A stretch of 64,000 bases of DNA. Source: a bacterium. GTDB taxonomy: Bacteria > RBG-13-61-14 > DATKZS01. Location of the stretch: the NCBI GenBank assembly GCA_963674965.2, contig CAXXFL010000004.1, positions 192,001 through 256,000 of the forward strand. The letters are read 5' to 3'. A program made the position numbers and the translations under genes. Of this stretch, positions 40,337-48,989 are shown in pieces (positions within the stretch are counted from its first letter, which is position 1; each line of letters starts with the position of its first letter). The notes beneath the pieces are model-generated. The model was not told where the DNA came from and made no database searches. It saw only the letters and a program-made list of their open reading frames with translations.

Positions 40337-40999
40337 ATGCATGAAACAAGAAATGGACTGAAAAAACACGGCCTCGCGACAATTATAATATTGGCGCTTG
40401 CCGCTCCATCCCTCATCGTCGCCCAGAAGGTAAAAAAATATTCCCCCCAGGAAAAACTGGTCCTGGCCGCCCGCGCCTGGGTTGGTCCCACTTGCAAATA
40501 TGACGGCGGATACCGGGTGCTGACCTATCCGGGCGGCGACCCCGGCGGGGACGTGGGAGTTTGCACCGACTTAATCGTGCGCGCTTACCGGGCGCTGGGG
40601 ATCGATCTCCAGGTCCTCGTCCATGAGGATATCTCGAAAAGGTTCGCCGAGTATCCCGTGAAAAAACTCTACGACCAGGACAAGCCGGATAAAAACATCG
40701 ACCACCGACGGGTCCCCAATTTAATGGCCTTCCTGCGGGAACACGCCTCCAGCCTCAACACCTCGATCGAGGCGGAGGGCCTCGAGCAATGGAAAGCGGG
40801 AGACGTGGTGATCTTCGACCTCCTCGATAACGGCATACCATCCCACGTGGGATTGATATCGGATAAAAAGTCCGAGTCGGGCAGACCTCTGGTCATCCAC
40901 CACTTTCCGCCCTTTCCAACGGAGGACGACTGTCTGCCCAAATGGAAGATAATCGGACACTTCAGGTACTTCCCCGACAAGAAAACGCTCGATCGATGA
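40337..40999 (+). CDS. DUF1287 (YijF-like) protein
   Basis: YPGGD, GVCTDLIVRA and NIDHRRVPNL motifs. Confidence 0.85.
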   Translation: MHETRNGLKKHGLATIIILALAAPSLIVAQKVKKYSPQEKLVLAARAWVGPTCKYDGGYRVLTYPGGDPGGDVGVCTDLIVRAYRALGIDLQVLVHEDISKRFAEYPVKKLYDQDKPDKNIDHRRVPNLMAFLREHASSLNTSIEAEGLEQWKAGDVVIFDLLDNGIPSHVGLISDKKSESGRPLVIHHFPPFPTEDDCLPKWKIIGHFRYFPDKKTLDR

Positions 41000-41021
41000 C
41001 GCGCCACATGGGAGGCAGATT

Positions 41022-43055
41022 TTGAGGAATTATATTATGGCCGCTCTTGTCGCGGCCGCTCTCCTTGCACCGCCCGCGGCCGCCCTGGCCAGGGTGCAAA
41101 TGAAACTGGACCTGGACGGCTCCCTGGATTACTTCGCCATACCCTACCCCAGCGACTTAAGACGCAATCCCGACGGCACGGTGGACAGAAAACGTTTTCC
41201 CGTGCCGGAGACCAACGCCCTCTCGACCCATTACCGGTCCCTGGCCGACGGCATGGAAGGGTTCGGGGTGAGCGAGTCGGCCTTTATTCGCTTCACGGGC
41301 AAGCTGGACCCGGAGCGGCTTCCCTCCCCCGAGCGTTCGGTCGAGCCCGATTCCCCGGTTTTCATCGTGAACGTGGACAAGGACTCCCCGGCTTACGGCG
41401 AGCGGATTCCCATTTATTGCTGGTTCCACGACCACACCCATGGAGCGCTGAAGGACCTGCTTGCCGTTTGTCCCTATCCGGGTTTCGTGTTGCGGGAGGA
41501 AACCACCTACGCGGTGGTCGTCATGTCATCCCTCGATCCCGAGCTCGAGCGATCGGCCGAGCTTAAGGACTTATTGGAAGGCAGGGACCCGGGCGGCAGA
41601 CTGGGCCCTCAAGCGGCCGAGGTCTATCGTCCCCTCGCTTGCTTTCTCAAGGACAAGGGCATCGACGAAAAAGACGTGGCTGCGGCCACGGTCTACACCA
41701 CGGGCGATCCCACCCGCCGCCTTCGCGCCATCATCGAATATATAGACGAGATATCTCCTCTTGGGCTGGACTCCCCGCCGACGTTCTTCCGGGAGCACGA
41801 GTCCTTCTACGCTCTGGCCTCCTCCTATACGGCCCCCCAGTTCCAGACGGGCAAGGGGTCGCAGCTTCTTCGAGGCGGCAAGGTCGAGTTCGAGGACGAC
41901 GGCCGTCCCATCGTGCAAAGGACCGAGAGCATACCCGTCAAAATCGTCATTCCCAAGTGTCCCATGCCGGCGGACGGTTTTCCCCTGCTCATTTACCTTC
42001 ACGGCGGAAGCAACACCAGCGTCGAGTTCCTGGACCACTATATAAAGAGCCAGGACGACCAGTTCACGCCGGGGGCCGGCCCGGCCCGGACCTACGCCGA
42101 GCGAGGCATCGCCGGCGTCTCGATGGGCATAGTCAAAAACCCGGAGCGGTACGGACGCTTCGGGGAGCACGGCCGCATGGCCGAGCTTCCCTTTTACAAC
42201 TTCCTGAGGGGAGACGCGCTGGTGGGCAACCACTGGCAGGCCGCGGCCGACGCCGCCGCTCTTCTTCGGCTCATGCGCGCTCTCGAGATCGATTCTTCCC
42301 TTTGTCCCGAGACCGACGCGAGCTCCTCGCCCGACGGCAAGATACGCTTCAATCCGAGATTGTTTTTCGCCTCGGGCTTTTCCATGGGTGGGACCATCCT
42401 CGGAAGCTGGGCGGGGGTCGAGCCGGGCATCGTGGCGACCATCCCCTCCGGGGCCTCGGGCCATTGGGGACTGCTGATAAGGAACTTCACCGCCGTGCCC
42501 GCCAAGCAATACTTCTTCGCCTGGCTGACCAACGGCAAACGCGACGAGCCCATGGACGCCCGCTGGCCCACCATCAGCCTTATCCAGGCGGTGCTCGAGC
42601 CGTGCGACACCATCACCTATGGGCCCCACGTGGCCATCCGTCCCTTCCCCGGCTCGGAGCCCAAGCATATCTACCTGGCCCTGGGCATGAACGACTTCTA
42701 CACCAAGACGGTGACCCAAAACGCGGTGGCCACATCTCTTGGCGTTCCCCTCGCCGGCCGGGTCATCGACGAGGAGATATTGCTGAGCCAGCGGCTTTTG
42801 GGTTACCATGCTCCCCAGGAGTTTCCACTGAAGCAAAACGTGGAAACGGAGGACGGAAAACGCGTGACGGGGGCCGTCATTCAGTGGGAGCCCGACGACT
42901 GGACCAACGAGGGCCACAACGTCAACTACAACCTGACGGAAACCAAACACCAGTACGGGTGTTTCTTAAGGACCCTGATCGACGACGGCGCGCCGACCAT
43001 CCCTCCGCCCGGCCCGGAGGGTAGCCCGTGTCACCTCGAGGCCGCGGGCGATTAA
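41022..43055 (+). CDS. Secreted alpha/beta-hydrolase-fold protein
   Basis: Signal peptide, PYPSDLR, YLHGG and GFSMGG nucleophile elbow. Confidence 0.7.
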   Translation: MRNYIMAALVAAALLAPPAAALARVQMKLDLDGSLDYFAIPYPSDLRRNPDGTVDRKRFPVPETNALSTHYRSLADGMEGFGVSESAFIRFTGKLDPERLPSPERSVEPDSPVFIVNVDKDSPAYGERIPIYCWFHDHTHGALKDLLAVCPYPGFVLREETTYAVVVMSSLDPELERSAELKDLLEGRDPGGRLGPQAAEVYRPLACFLKDKGIDEKDVAAATVYTTGDPTRRLRAIIEYIDEISPLGLDSPPTFFREHESFYALASSYTAPQFQTGKGSQLLRGGKVEFEDDGRPIVQRTESIPVKIVIPKCPMPADGFPLLIYLHGGSNTSVEFLDHYIKSQDDQFTPGAGPARTYAERGIAGVSMGIVKNPERYGRFGEHGRMAELPFYNFLRGDALVGNHWQAAADAAALLRLMRALEIDSSLCPETDASSSPDGKIRFNPRLFFASGFSMGGTILGSWAGVEPGIVATIPSGASGHWGLLIRNFTAVPAKQYFFAWLTNGKRDEPMDARWPTISLIQAVLEPCDTITYGPHVAIRPFPGSEPKHIYLALGMNDFYTKTVTQNAVATSLGVPLAGRVIDEEILLSQRLLGYHAPQEFPLKQNVETEDGKRVTGAVIQWEPDDWTNEGHNVNYNLTETKHQYGCFLRTLIDDGAPTIPPPGPEGSPCHLEAAGD

Positions 43056-43085
43056 TCGCCCGGCCGCTTGCAAGGAGGACCGCCC

Positions 43086-44525
43086 ATGAACGAGTTGTTA
43101 ACCATGTCCGCCACCGAGATGGCCCGGCGGATCAAGTCACGAGATATTTCCCCCCTCGAGGCCCTCGAGACTCACATATCGAGGATCGAGGAGGTCAACC
43201 CGAAAATCAACGCGGTGGTGGTCAAGCGCTACGACGATGCCAGACGCGAGGCCAAGGAAGCGGAAAGCAAGCTGAAGGAGGGGAGGGACGACCTTCCTCC
43301 CCTGTTCGGCGTTCCCTGCACTATCAAGGACACCTACGCCGTCAAGGGCCTTACCTGGTCCGGCGGCGTGTATAACCGCAAGGACCTGGTGGCCGACTTC
43401 AACGCCTCGGTGGTGGACAGGATCGTCAAGGCGGGCGCCATCATCATGGGCAAGACCAACGTGCCCGAGGCGGCCATGTGGTGCGAGACCTACAACACCG
43501 TCTATGGCCGGACCAACAACCCCTACGACCTTACCCGCGCCGTGGGCGGATCGAGCGGCGGGGAGGGGGCCATAGTCGCCGCCTCCGGCTCACCCTTCGG
43601 CCTGGGCAGCGACATAGGCGGGTCCATCCGCTACCCGTCGGCCTTTAACGGCGTGGCCGGACACAAGCCCTCGGGAAGACTCACGCCCGGCACGGGCCAC
43701 TGGCCCGACATTCATCCTCCCCTCTCCGGCTATTGCTGCTACGGCCCCCTCGCCAGGCGGGTGGAGGACCTTATAACCATACTGCCACTGATAGCCGGTC
43801 CGGACGGCAAGGACGAGGTCTGCGAGGAGCGCGAGCTCAAGTCGCCCGACTCGGTGGACCTTTCCAAGACCAGGGTGTACTTCTTCGACGACAACGGCCA
43901 GGCAGCGCCCGATCCCGAGGTCAGGCGAGCCGTGAGCATGGCGGCGGGCGCGACCGGGGCAAGCGGGATACAAACCGAGTACTGGTACCCGGAGGGGGTA
44001 AATCAAAGCCTCCAGATATGGTCGGCCGGCATGGGCATGAGTTCCGGACCGAGCATGAAAGAGTACCTGGGCCGCGGAAAGCCCATCCCCGTCTACTCGG
44101 AAATGCTAAAGCTTATGGCCGGAAGGTCCAAAAACACCTTCCCGGCCCTCGGGGCCGCCCTCATTGAAGGGCCGACCTCGGCTTTCAAGTTCATCAACCG
44201 CTGGACCCTGGCGCAAGCCGACGACCTGCGCCAAAGGATCGAGGAAAAACTCGGAGACAACGGCGCCCTCATCTGCCCGGTCTTCAGCTCTCCCGCGCCC
44301 AAGCACACCCATATCTGGCTCAAGTTCATGGGCATCGGCTACTCGGGCCTTTTCAACGTCCTCGAGTTCCCCTCCACCATCATCCCCGTTTTCCACCGGC
44401 CCGACGGCGTGCCGGTCAGCGTGCAGGTGGTGGCGAGGCGCTTTAACGACCACGTGACGCTGGCCGTGGCCAGGGCAATCGAAAAAGCCTTTGGGGGATG
44501 GAAACCCAAGGAGATAATCGAATAG
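43086..44525 (+). CDS. Amidase-signature family enzyme
   Basis: GVPCTIKD, GGSSGGEG and GSDIGGSIR motifs. Confidence 0.93.
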   Translation: MNELLTMSATEMARRIKSRDISPLEALETHISRIEEVNPKINAVVVKRYDDARREAKEAESKLKEGRDDLPPLFGVPCTIKDTYAVKGLTWSGGVYNRKDLVADFNASVVDRIVKAGAIIMGKTNVPEAAMWCETYNTVYGRTNNPYDLTRAVGGSSGGEGAIVAASGSPFGLGSDIGGSIRYPSAFNGVAGHKPSGRLTPGTGHWPDIHPPLSGYCCYGPLARRVEDLITILPLIAGPDGKDEVCEERELKSPDSVDLSKTRVYFFDDNGQAAPDPEVRRAVSMAAGATGASGIQTEYWYPEGVNQSLQIWSAGMGMSSGPSMKEYLGRGKPIPVYSEMLKLMAGRSKNTFPALGAALIEGPTSAFKFINRWTLAQADDLRQRIEEKLGDNGALICPVFSSPAPKHTHIWLKFMGIGYSGLFNVLEFPSTIIPVFHRPDGVPVSVQVVARRFNDHVTLAVARAIEKAFGGWKPKEIIE

Positions 44526-44556
44526 GAGAGCGGCCGGGCCGGGGCCGCGCCAAGCC

Positions 44557-45588
44557 ATGGAGGTGAAAAAGAAGAGGACGATAAAGCGGCTTACGCTGGC
44601 CGCGATTTCCCTTTTCGCGGCGCTCCTCTTAGCCGAGACGGCGCTTCGGTTCGCGTCCCCCACTTACAAGCGACTCCATGACCCGCCTCACAAGTTCTTC
44701 ACCGGCCATCCCACGCGAGGCTACGCCCTGAAACCAGGATACAAGGGAGACTCCGTGTGGAAAGTGCCCTTCCGCGTCAACTCCCTCGGGTTCAGAGGCC
44801 CCGAGATAGAAACGAAAAAGCCGGCGGGGACCTGCCGGGTAATCGTGATCGGAGACTCCATCGTCATGGGCACGGGCCTGCCGGAGGAGGCCCTGGTAAC
44901 GGCCAAGCTCGAGAAACTGCTTCAACAAGAGGAGCCGGAGGCCAAGGCCGAGGTGATAAACGCGGGCGTGGCCGGCTATAACGCCGACGGTTACGCCCTT
45001 TTGCTCGCCGAGGACGCTCTGAAACTGGAACCGGACGCGGTGGTGGCCGTGGTTTGTTTAAACGACGCGCCCGGCGCCTTTCCCTCCGATTTCATCAATC
45101 CCATCCGGGATTTGAATATGCCGGGCAAGAGCTTCCTGGTCGAGCGAACGGCCGTGGGACTAACGGTGCAAGCCATGTATAGCGGATTGGGCGCCCAAAA
45201 AGATTCTTCCCTTTCCAAGTGGCTGGCGGCCGAAAGGCATCCTCCCACCGCGGCCCGGATAGATCGTAGCAAAAAAAGATTCGAGACGGACGTCATATCC
45301 ATGCGCGACGCCTGCGCCTCGCAAAAAATCCGGTTCATATTAGTGGCGGTCCCCCACGCCGCCCAGTTTAGCGACGAGCGGCGGCGCTTCCTCTTCCAGG
45401 GCTGGCTTTCGGAATTCACCCGGGCGAATGGAATCGCGTTTATCGATCTGGCGCCCGCATTCGAGGGCATGGACCATTTGCCATATTTCCTGCCCGACCC
45501 CGTCCATCCTTCCCCCCAGGGGCACCAGATCATGGCCGAAAAAATCCTCAAGGAACTTCATCCCAAAACAAATATGCCCCCGCCGTGA
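44557..45588 (+). CDS. SGNH/GDSL hydrolase family protein
   Basis: GDS, NAGVAGY, CLND and DPVHP blocks. Confidence 0.85.
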   Translation: MEVKKKRTIKRLTLAAISLFAALLLAETALRFASPTYKRLHDPPHKFFTGHPTRGYALKPGYKGDSVWKVPFRVNSLGFRGPEIETKKPAGTCRVIVIGDSIVMGTGLPEEALVTAKLEKLLQQEEPEAKAEVINAGVAGYNADGYALLLAEDALKLEPDAVVAVVCLNDAPGAFPSDFINPIRDLNMPGKSFLVERTAVGLTVQAMYSGLGAQKDSSLSKWLAAERHPPTAARIDRSKKRFETDVISMRDACASQKIRFILVAVPHAAQFSDERRRFLFQGWLSEFTRANGIAFIDLAPAFEGMDHLPYFLPDPVHPSPQGHQIMAEKILKELHPKTNMPPP

Positions 45589-45621
45589 TTGTGGGCCGGG
45601 GCTGTTCCCGTACGTCCCTTC

Positions 45622-46800
45622 CTACACCCCCCATGATATTTCGTCGCTTATTCCGGCGCGCTCCTTGATCAGCCTGGCAATGTCGTAACCGTCATCAAGG
45701 GATGACGAATGGGCAAGCCATATTGTTTTGCCATTGATTTTCAACCAGATCGGACCCTGTTTGGAGGTAAGGTAATATGTCGGGGAAAATACCTTCATGT
45801 CCTTGACGTGGAAGGTCTCGGTTTTTCCACGTAATCCAAAGTAGTCCATCCTCCTCGTAACCTGTCCGGGAATAGCGGTTATGACTTCGCCGCCAATAAA
45901 TGGCTTTATAGTTGAAATCACCAGAAAAAGTATAAGAAGAGTCATGGGAAACAGAAGTATTATGCCCAATCCGTCTCCGTCAATAATCAGTACAATCGGG
46001 ATCGCCGCCAGGACCGCGGTAATAATGAGGAGAATAGTAACGAGGAGGGCCAGGTCCGAGATTCGAGGTTTCCGAGTAATGGTTATAACCGCCTTATCGT
46101 CGTCGTCGTCTACGTCAATCTTATTTTCGCCGGCGTACAAAAGGTCCTTCCGGACGGGCTCTTGCGGCGGGGAAGACGCTTTATGGTCGATTATTCCCGT
46201 TTTTTGCTTTATTGCTCCGGCCAACTCGGCGGCCATCTCCAGAGGGAGGTCAAGGCCGAAAAGGAACCACAGTCCATCCTCCAGGCAAAGCCAGAAGGGA
46301 CCTTGAAAACCTGGATATAAAGCTTTTTCTCGAAAAGGCGACAGGGCAAGAAAGGATATCGTCTCCTTGGGATAGGCTGAGGTTTTATTGTAGAATAAGG
46401 AACGATTGAGGATAGTGATTCCCTCTGACGTTGCCGTTATGGTCTGCTTCTTCGAAAGAAAATGCGCCAGCGTTGCGGCGGATAAAATAAAAGTGGCGAT
46501 ATAGATGACCAGAATCAGAGCCAGAGGAAAAGTAATAGTAGCGTCCCTCAGCTTGTATAGAAGAAAGAAAAGAATGAAGGCAAAAGATACGGCGCCAAAA
46601 ACCCCTTTAAACGTCGTAAATCCGAGTAATTGCGGTCTTAGAGTTATTACCAGCTTATAGCCGTCGTCCTCGACGTGGACGCCTGGTTTGGTTCTGGATT
46701 TATTATCGAGGGCCTTTCGCCTATGTTCTCGTTTCCTTGGTCGTTCTTTCTTTGGCCTTTTCATTTTTGCTCTTGTAGACCAGATATATCTTTGCGCCAT
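45622..46800 (-). CDS. AT-rich membrane protein with an internally duplicated 2-TM plus beta-rich unit
   Basis: Two similar units (EDDGYKLVITLRP and DDDDKAVITITRKP), each followed by two TM helices; start codon uncertain. Confidence 0.65.
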   Translation of the reverse strand: MAQRYIWSTRAKMKRPKKERPRKREHRRKALDNKSRTKPGVHVEDDGYKLVITLRPQLLGFTTFKGVFGAVSFAFILFFLLYKLRDATITFPLALILVIYIATFILSAATLAHFLSKKQTITATSEGITILNRSLFYNKTSAYPKETISFLALSPFREKALYPGFQGPFWLCLEDGLWFLFGLDLPLEMAAELAGAIKQKTGIIDHKASSPPQEPVRKDLLYAGENKIDVDDDDDKAVITITRKPRISDLALLVTILLIITAVLAAIPIVLIIDGDGLGIILLFPMTLLILFLVISTIKPFIGGEVITAIPGQVTRRMDYFGLRGKTETFHVKDMKVFSPTYYLTSKQGPIWLKINGKTIWLAHSSSLDDGYDIARLIKERAGISDEISWGV

Positions 46801-47323
46801 AATTTACGGCCATCATTAGCGCCAGGACGAAGAAAATAAAGTGTAACCTATTTCGGGTGAAAAACGCTTCATACATGTGCAGCCTATGGCTTTCGACGTG
46901 ACTCGAAAGCATGGTGAAGGCGAGAACGGGGGGTTCAAATAAGATGACGCCTGCAATAATGGTGAAGAAAATTACGAAAAAAATGACCATGTTGGCCTTA
47001 TAGATCAAAATGTCCTCGCCTTTAAGTTTAGCTATAACGTATTTTAGAACGACCATACATGCCAGCAGCGATAATATTTCTATTTTCAGGCCGGGGAACT
47101 GGGTCGAGTCGAAGTTAAGGAAATTCCAGATCAGCAATCCTTGGATATCGATCAAAACCCCGCTAACTCCGCTGTTGCCTTGTTTCCCGTAATAAGAGAT
47201 GGCGCTCATGATCTCGAAAGCCGCGAGGATCATAATCAAATAAAGGAGGATGAAGGAAAAGTCCCCCACATATCCACGAATCTGTGGAAATAATGCCCGC
47301 CTTTTCAAAGGTTCATCACCCAT
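46721..47323 (-). CDS. AT-rich multi-TM hypothetical protein
   Basis: GAGGAG RBS before ATG 47323; about four hydrophobic helices. Confidence 0.65.
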   Translation of the reverse strand: MGDEPLKRRALFPQIRGYVGDFSFILLYLIMILAAFEIMSAISYYGKQGNSGVSGVLIDIQGLLIWNFLNFDSTQFPGLKIEILSLLACMVVLKYVIAKLKGEDILIYKANMVIFFVIFFTIIAGVILFEPPVLAFTMLSSHVESHRLHMYEAFFTRNRLHFIFFVLALMMAVNYGAKIYLVYKSKNEKAKERTTKETRT

Positions 47324-47340
47324 CTTGTATGCTCCTCGTA

Positions 47341-47608
47341 AGATCTGAAGATCTGGGGACATCATGAAGATCTGGGGACATAAGATCTGGGGACATCATA
47401 CATAACTCACTGCAGATCTGGGGCAGATCTGGGGACAGCAGATCTGGGGACAGCATACTTATCTCGCCTTTATTTACGGCTAGAGAGGCGTTTATGAATA
47501 TTCCATCAATATTCATCGTCGAAGAACCCAGCTGATTTTCAAAAATTAAGTACACTGTCCCCAGAACTCAAGAACTCACATAACTCAAGTACACTGTCCC
47601 CAGAACTC
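47341..47608. repeat. Stuttered array of GGGGACA-type end motifs, direct and inverted
   Basis: AGATCTGGGGACA at 47349, 47368, 47383, 47425 and 47440 (partials at 47341, 47414); inverted AAGTACACTGTCCCCAGAACTC twice (about 47548 and 47587). Confidence 0.9.
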
Positions 47609-47742
47609 CAAGCTATTCATTATCCGGCCTCTATAGCTTTAATTGCCGATATTGACATGAGATATCGGAAACGTCAATATTTATTTTTGATGACATCATA
47701 TATAATGCCCCCATATCCACGGATACAAATTCCGAGCGAAAT

Positions 47743-47961
47743 TCAAGATGACCAGGACATTTTCAAGTCACGCTGGGTCGCCGCGCAATCTTGCAGATAC
47801 AGGTTGATCAAGGATTGGTATGGAATGCCTTTTTCCGCTGACATCTCCTTGAAGTATTCGATGACTTCCGGGTCCAACCGGAGCGTGATCTGCTTCTTGA
47901 GCCTTTTGGCATACGGGTTTTTCCGCGATTTCATTTTGGAAAGATCGTATTCGTTTTTCAT
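47743..47961 (-). CDS. BrnA-like (CopG/RHH) antitoxin
   Basis: MKNEYDLS..KNPYAKRLKKQITLRLD..GIPYQSLINLYL. Confidence 0.85.
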   Translation of the reverse strand: MKNEYDLSKMKSRKNPYAKRLKKQITLRLDPEVIEYFKEMSAEKGIPYQSLINLYLQDCAATQRDLKMSWSS

Positions 47962-47965
47962 TTGG

Positions 47966-48247
47966 TCACCTCACGTAGTGTTTGGATTCGGATTTCGTCG
48001 CCTTGCGCGCCGAAATAATTCGAATCGTCTCTTCGTCTTCCCGGTGGCAATGGCAGACAAGAAGAAGTCGCGCATGGGCGCTGATTCCCAAAAGCAAAAA
48101 GCGATCTCCTTCTTCCGAATGTGGTTCGTCATAAAACTCAATGGCGTGCTCGTCATACAAAACCGTGCGCGCTTCTTCGAACTTTACGCCGTGTTTTTTG
48201 AAATTGCTTTTCGCCTTTTTAGCGTCTTATGTGAATCTAATACCCAT
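47966..48247 (-). pseudogene. BrnT-family toxin with premature stop
   Basis: Manual translation MGIRFT*DAKKAKSNFKKHGVKFEEARTVLYD...RIISARKAT; TAA at 48227-48229 where a Trp is expected. Confidence 0.8.
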
Positions 48248-48249
48248 TA

Positions 48250-48286
48250 TAACTACAATGTAACTACACGAGTGCCCTTTTGTCAA
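48250..48286 (-). promoter_or_regulatory. Sigma-70-type promoter of the brnTA operon with a direct-repeat candidate operator
   Basis: TTGACA-18 nt-TACATT; TGTAGTTA occurs twice around the -10 element. Confidence 0.55.
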
Positions 48287-48336
48287 GACACTCTCACGCG
48301 GAAATATCCGTATAATATATGGACACCTTACTTAAC

Positions 48337-48613
48337 TCACTTCTTTTCAGGCTTTGGGCCCGGCTTTTGGGGGGCGAAGCGGCGGCCGAGGGCGGCCTCG
48401 AGTCCCGCGACGAAGTCCTTTACTCCGAGGGGGCGCTCGGCGAGCTCGTGCGTTTTTATTCGCGATACCTCGGAGCCAATTACGGGCAGATTCAAAAAGT
48501 CCTCCAAATTATAAGGTACCTTGTTGAACCGAAAAGGTTTGCTGCCTCCCGTTGCCCGGCTGGGTAACGTGGTGGGGCGCGTGAGGAACAACGGCTCTTG
48601 CCATCCTGACCAT
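48337..48613 (-). pseudogene. Internally deleted REP-associated tyrosine transposase (RAYT)
   Basis: N-terminus MVRMARAVVPHAPHHVTQPGNGRQQTF and, in another frame, C-terminus ERPLGVKDFVAGLEAALGRRFAPQKPGPK; catalytic core absent. Confidence 0.75.
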
Positions 48614-48619
48614 GGCAAA

Positions 48620-48648
48620 ATTTTGCCCCAGAGGAAGATGTATGTCAA
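48620..48648 (-). promoter_or_regulatory. Sigma-70-type promoter of the RAYT remnant
   Basis: TTGACA-17 nt-CAAAAT, 6 nt upstream of ATG 48613. Confidence 0.55.
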
Positions 48649-48669
48649 TAATCAAGTATGGTCCCCCAT

Positions 48670-48840
48670 ATTTACTTCTCGGGGTCTTCCACGGGACAGG
48701 CCGCAAGCGCCTGCAACTTTATCTCGGCGAGTTTTGTTATCGCTTGAACCGCCGCCTCTGGGAAGGAGAGTTGTTCGACCGACTTATAAGGGCATGCGCA
48801 ACACCGGGAGGGCTACTCGTTAGGAGTTAACCGCAAAGCC
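48670..48840 (+). pseudogene. IS1595-family transposase C-terminal remnant with probable right end
   Basis: GVFHGTGRKRLQLYLGEFCYRLNRR..LFDRLIRAC motif, followed by GAGTTAACCGCAAAGCC. Confidence 0.7.
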
Positions 48841-48989
48841 ATGAGCTTCTTGCAAAAGTCCTTTTCTTTGCGGCATAGCCGCTTTGGAGTGCGGTCGCTT
48901 GAGACCGCTTTCGAGGGCCTTGGCTTCAAGGCCTATTAATACACCGGCTTGCCTCGCGTCAAGCCGCTCGGAAGAAAAGCGGCGTCAAG

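Noticed and set aside
47341-47460. CRISPR array
   Set aside because: Units are 11-19 nt, abut each other with no unique spacers, and no cas genes are present in the window
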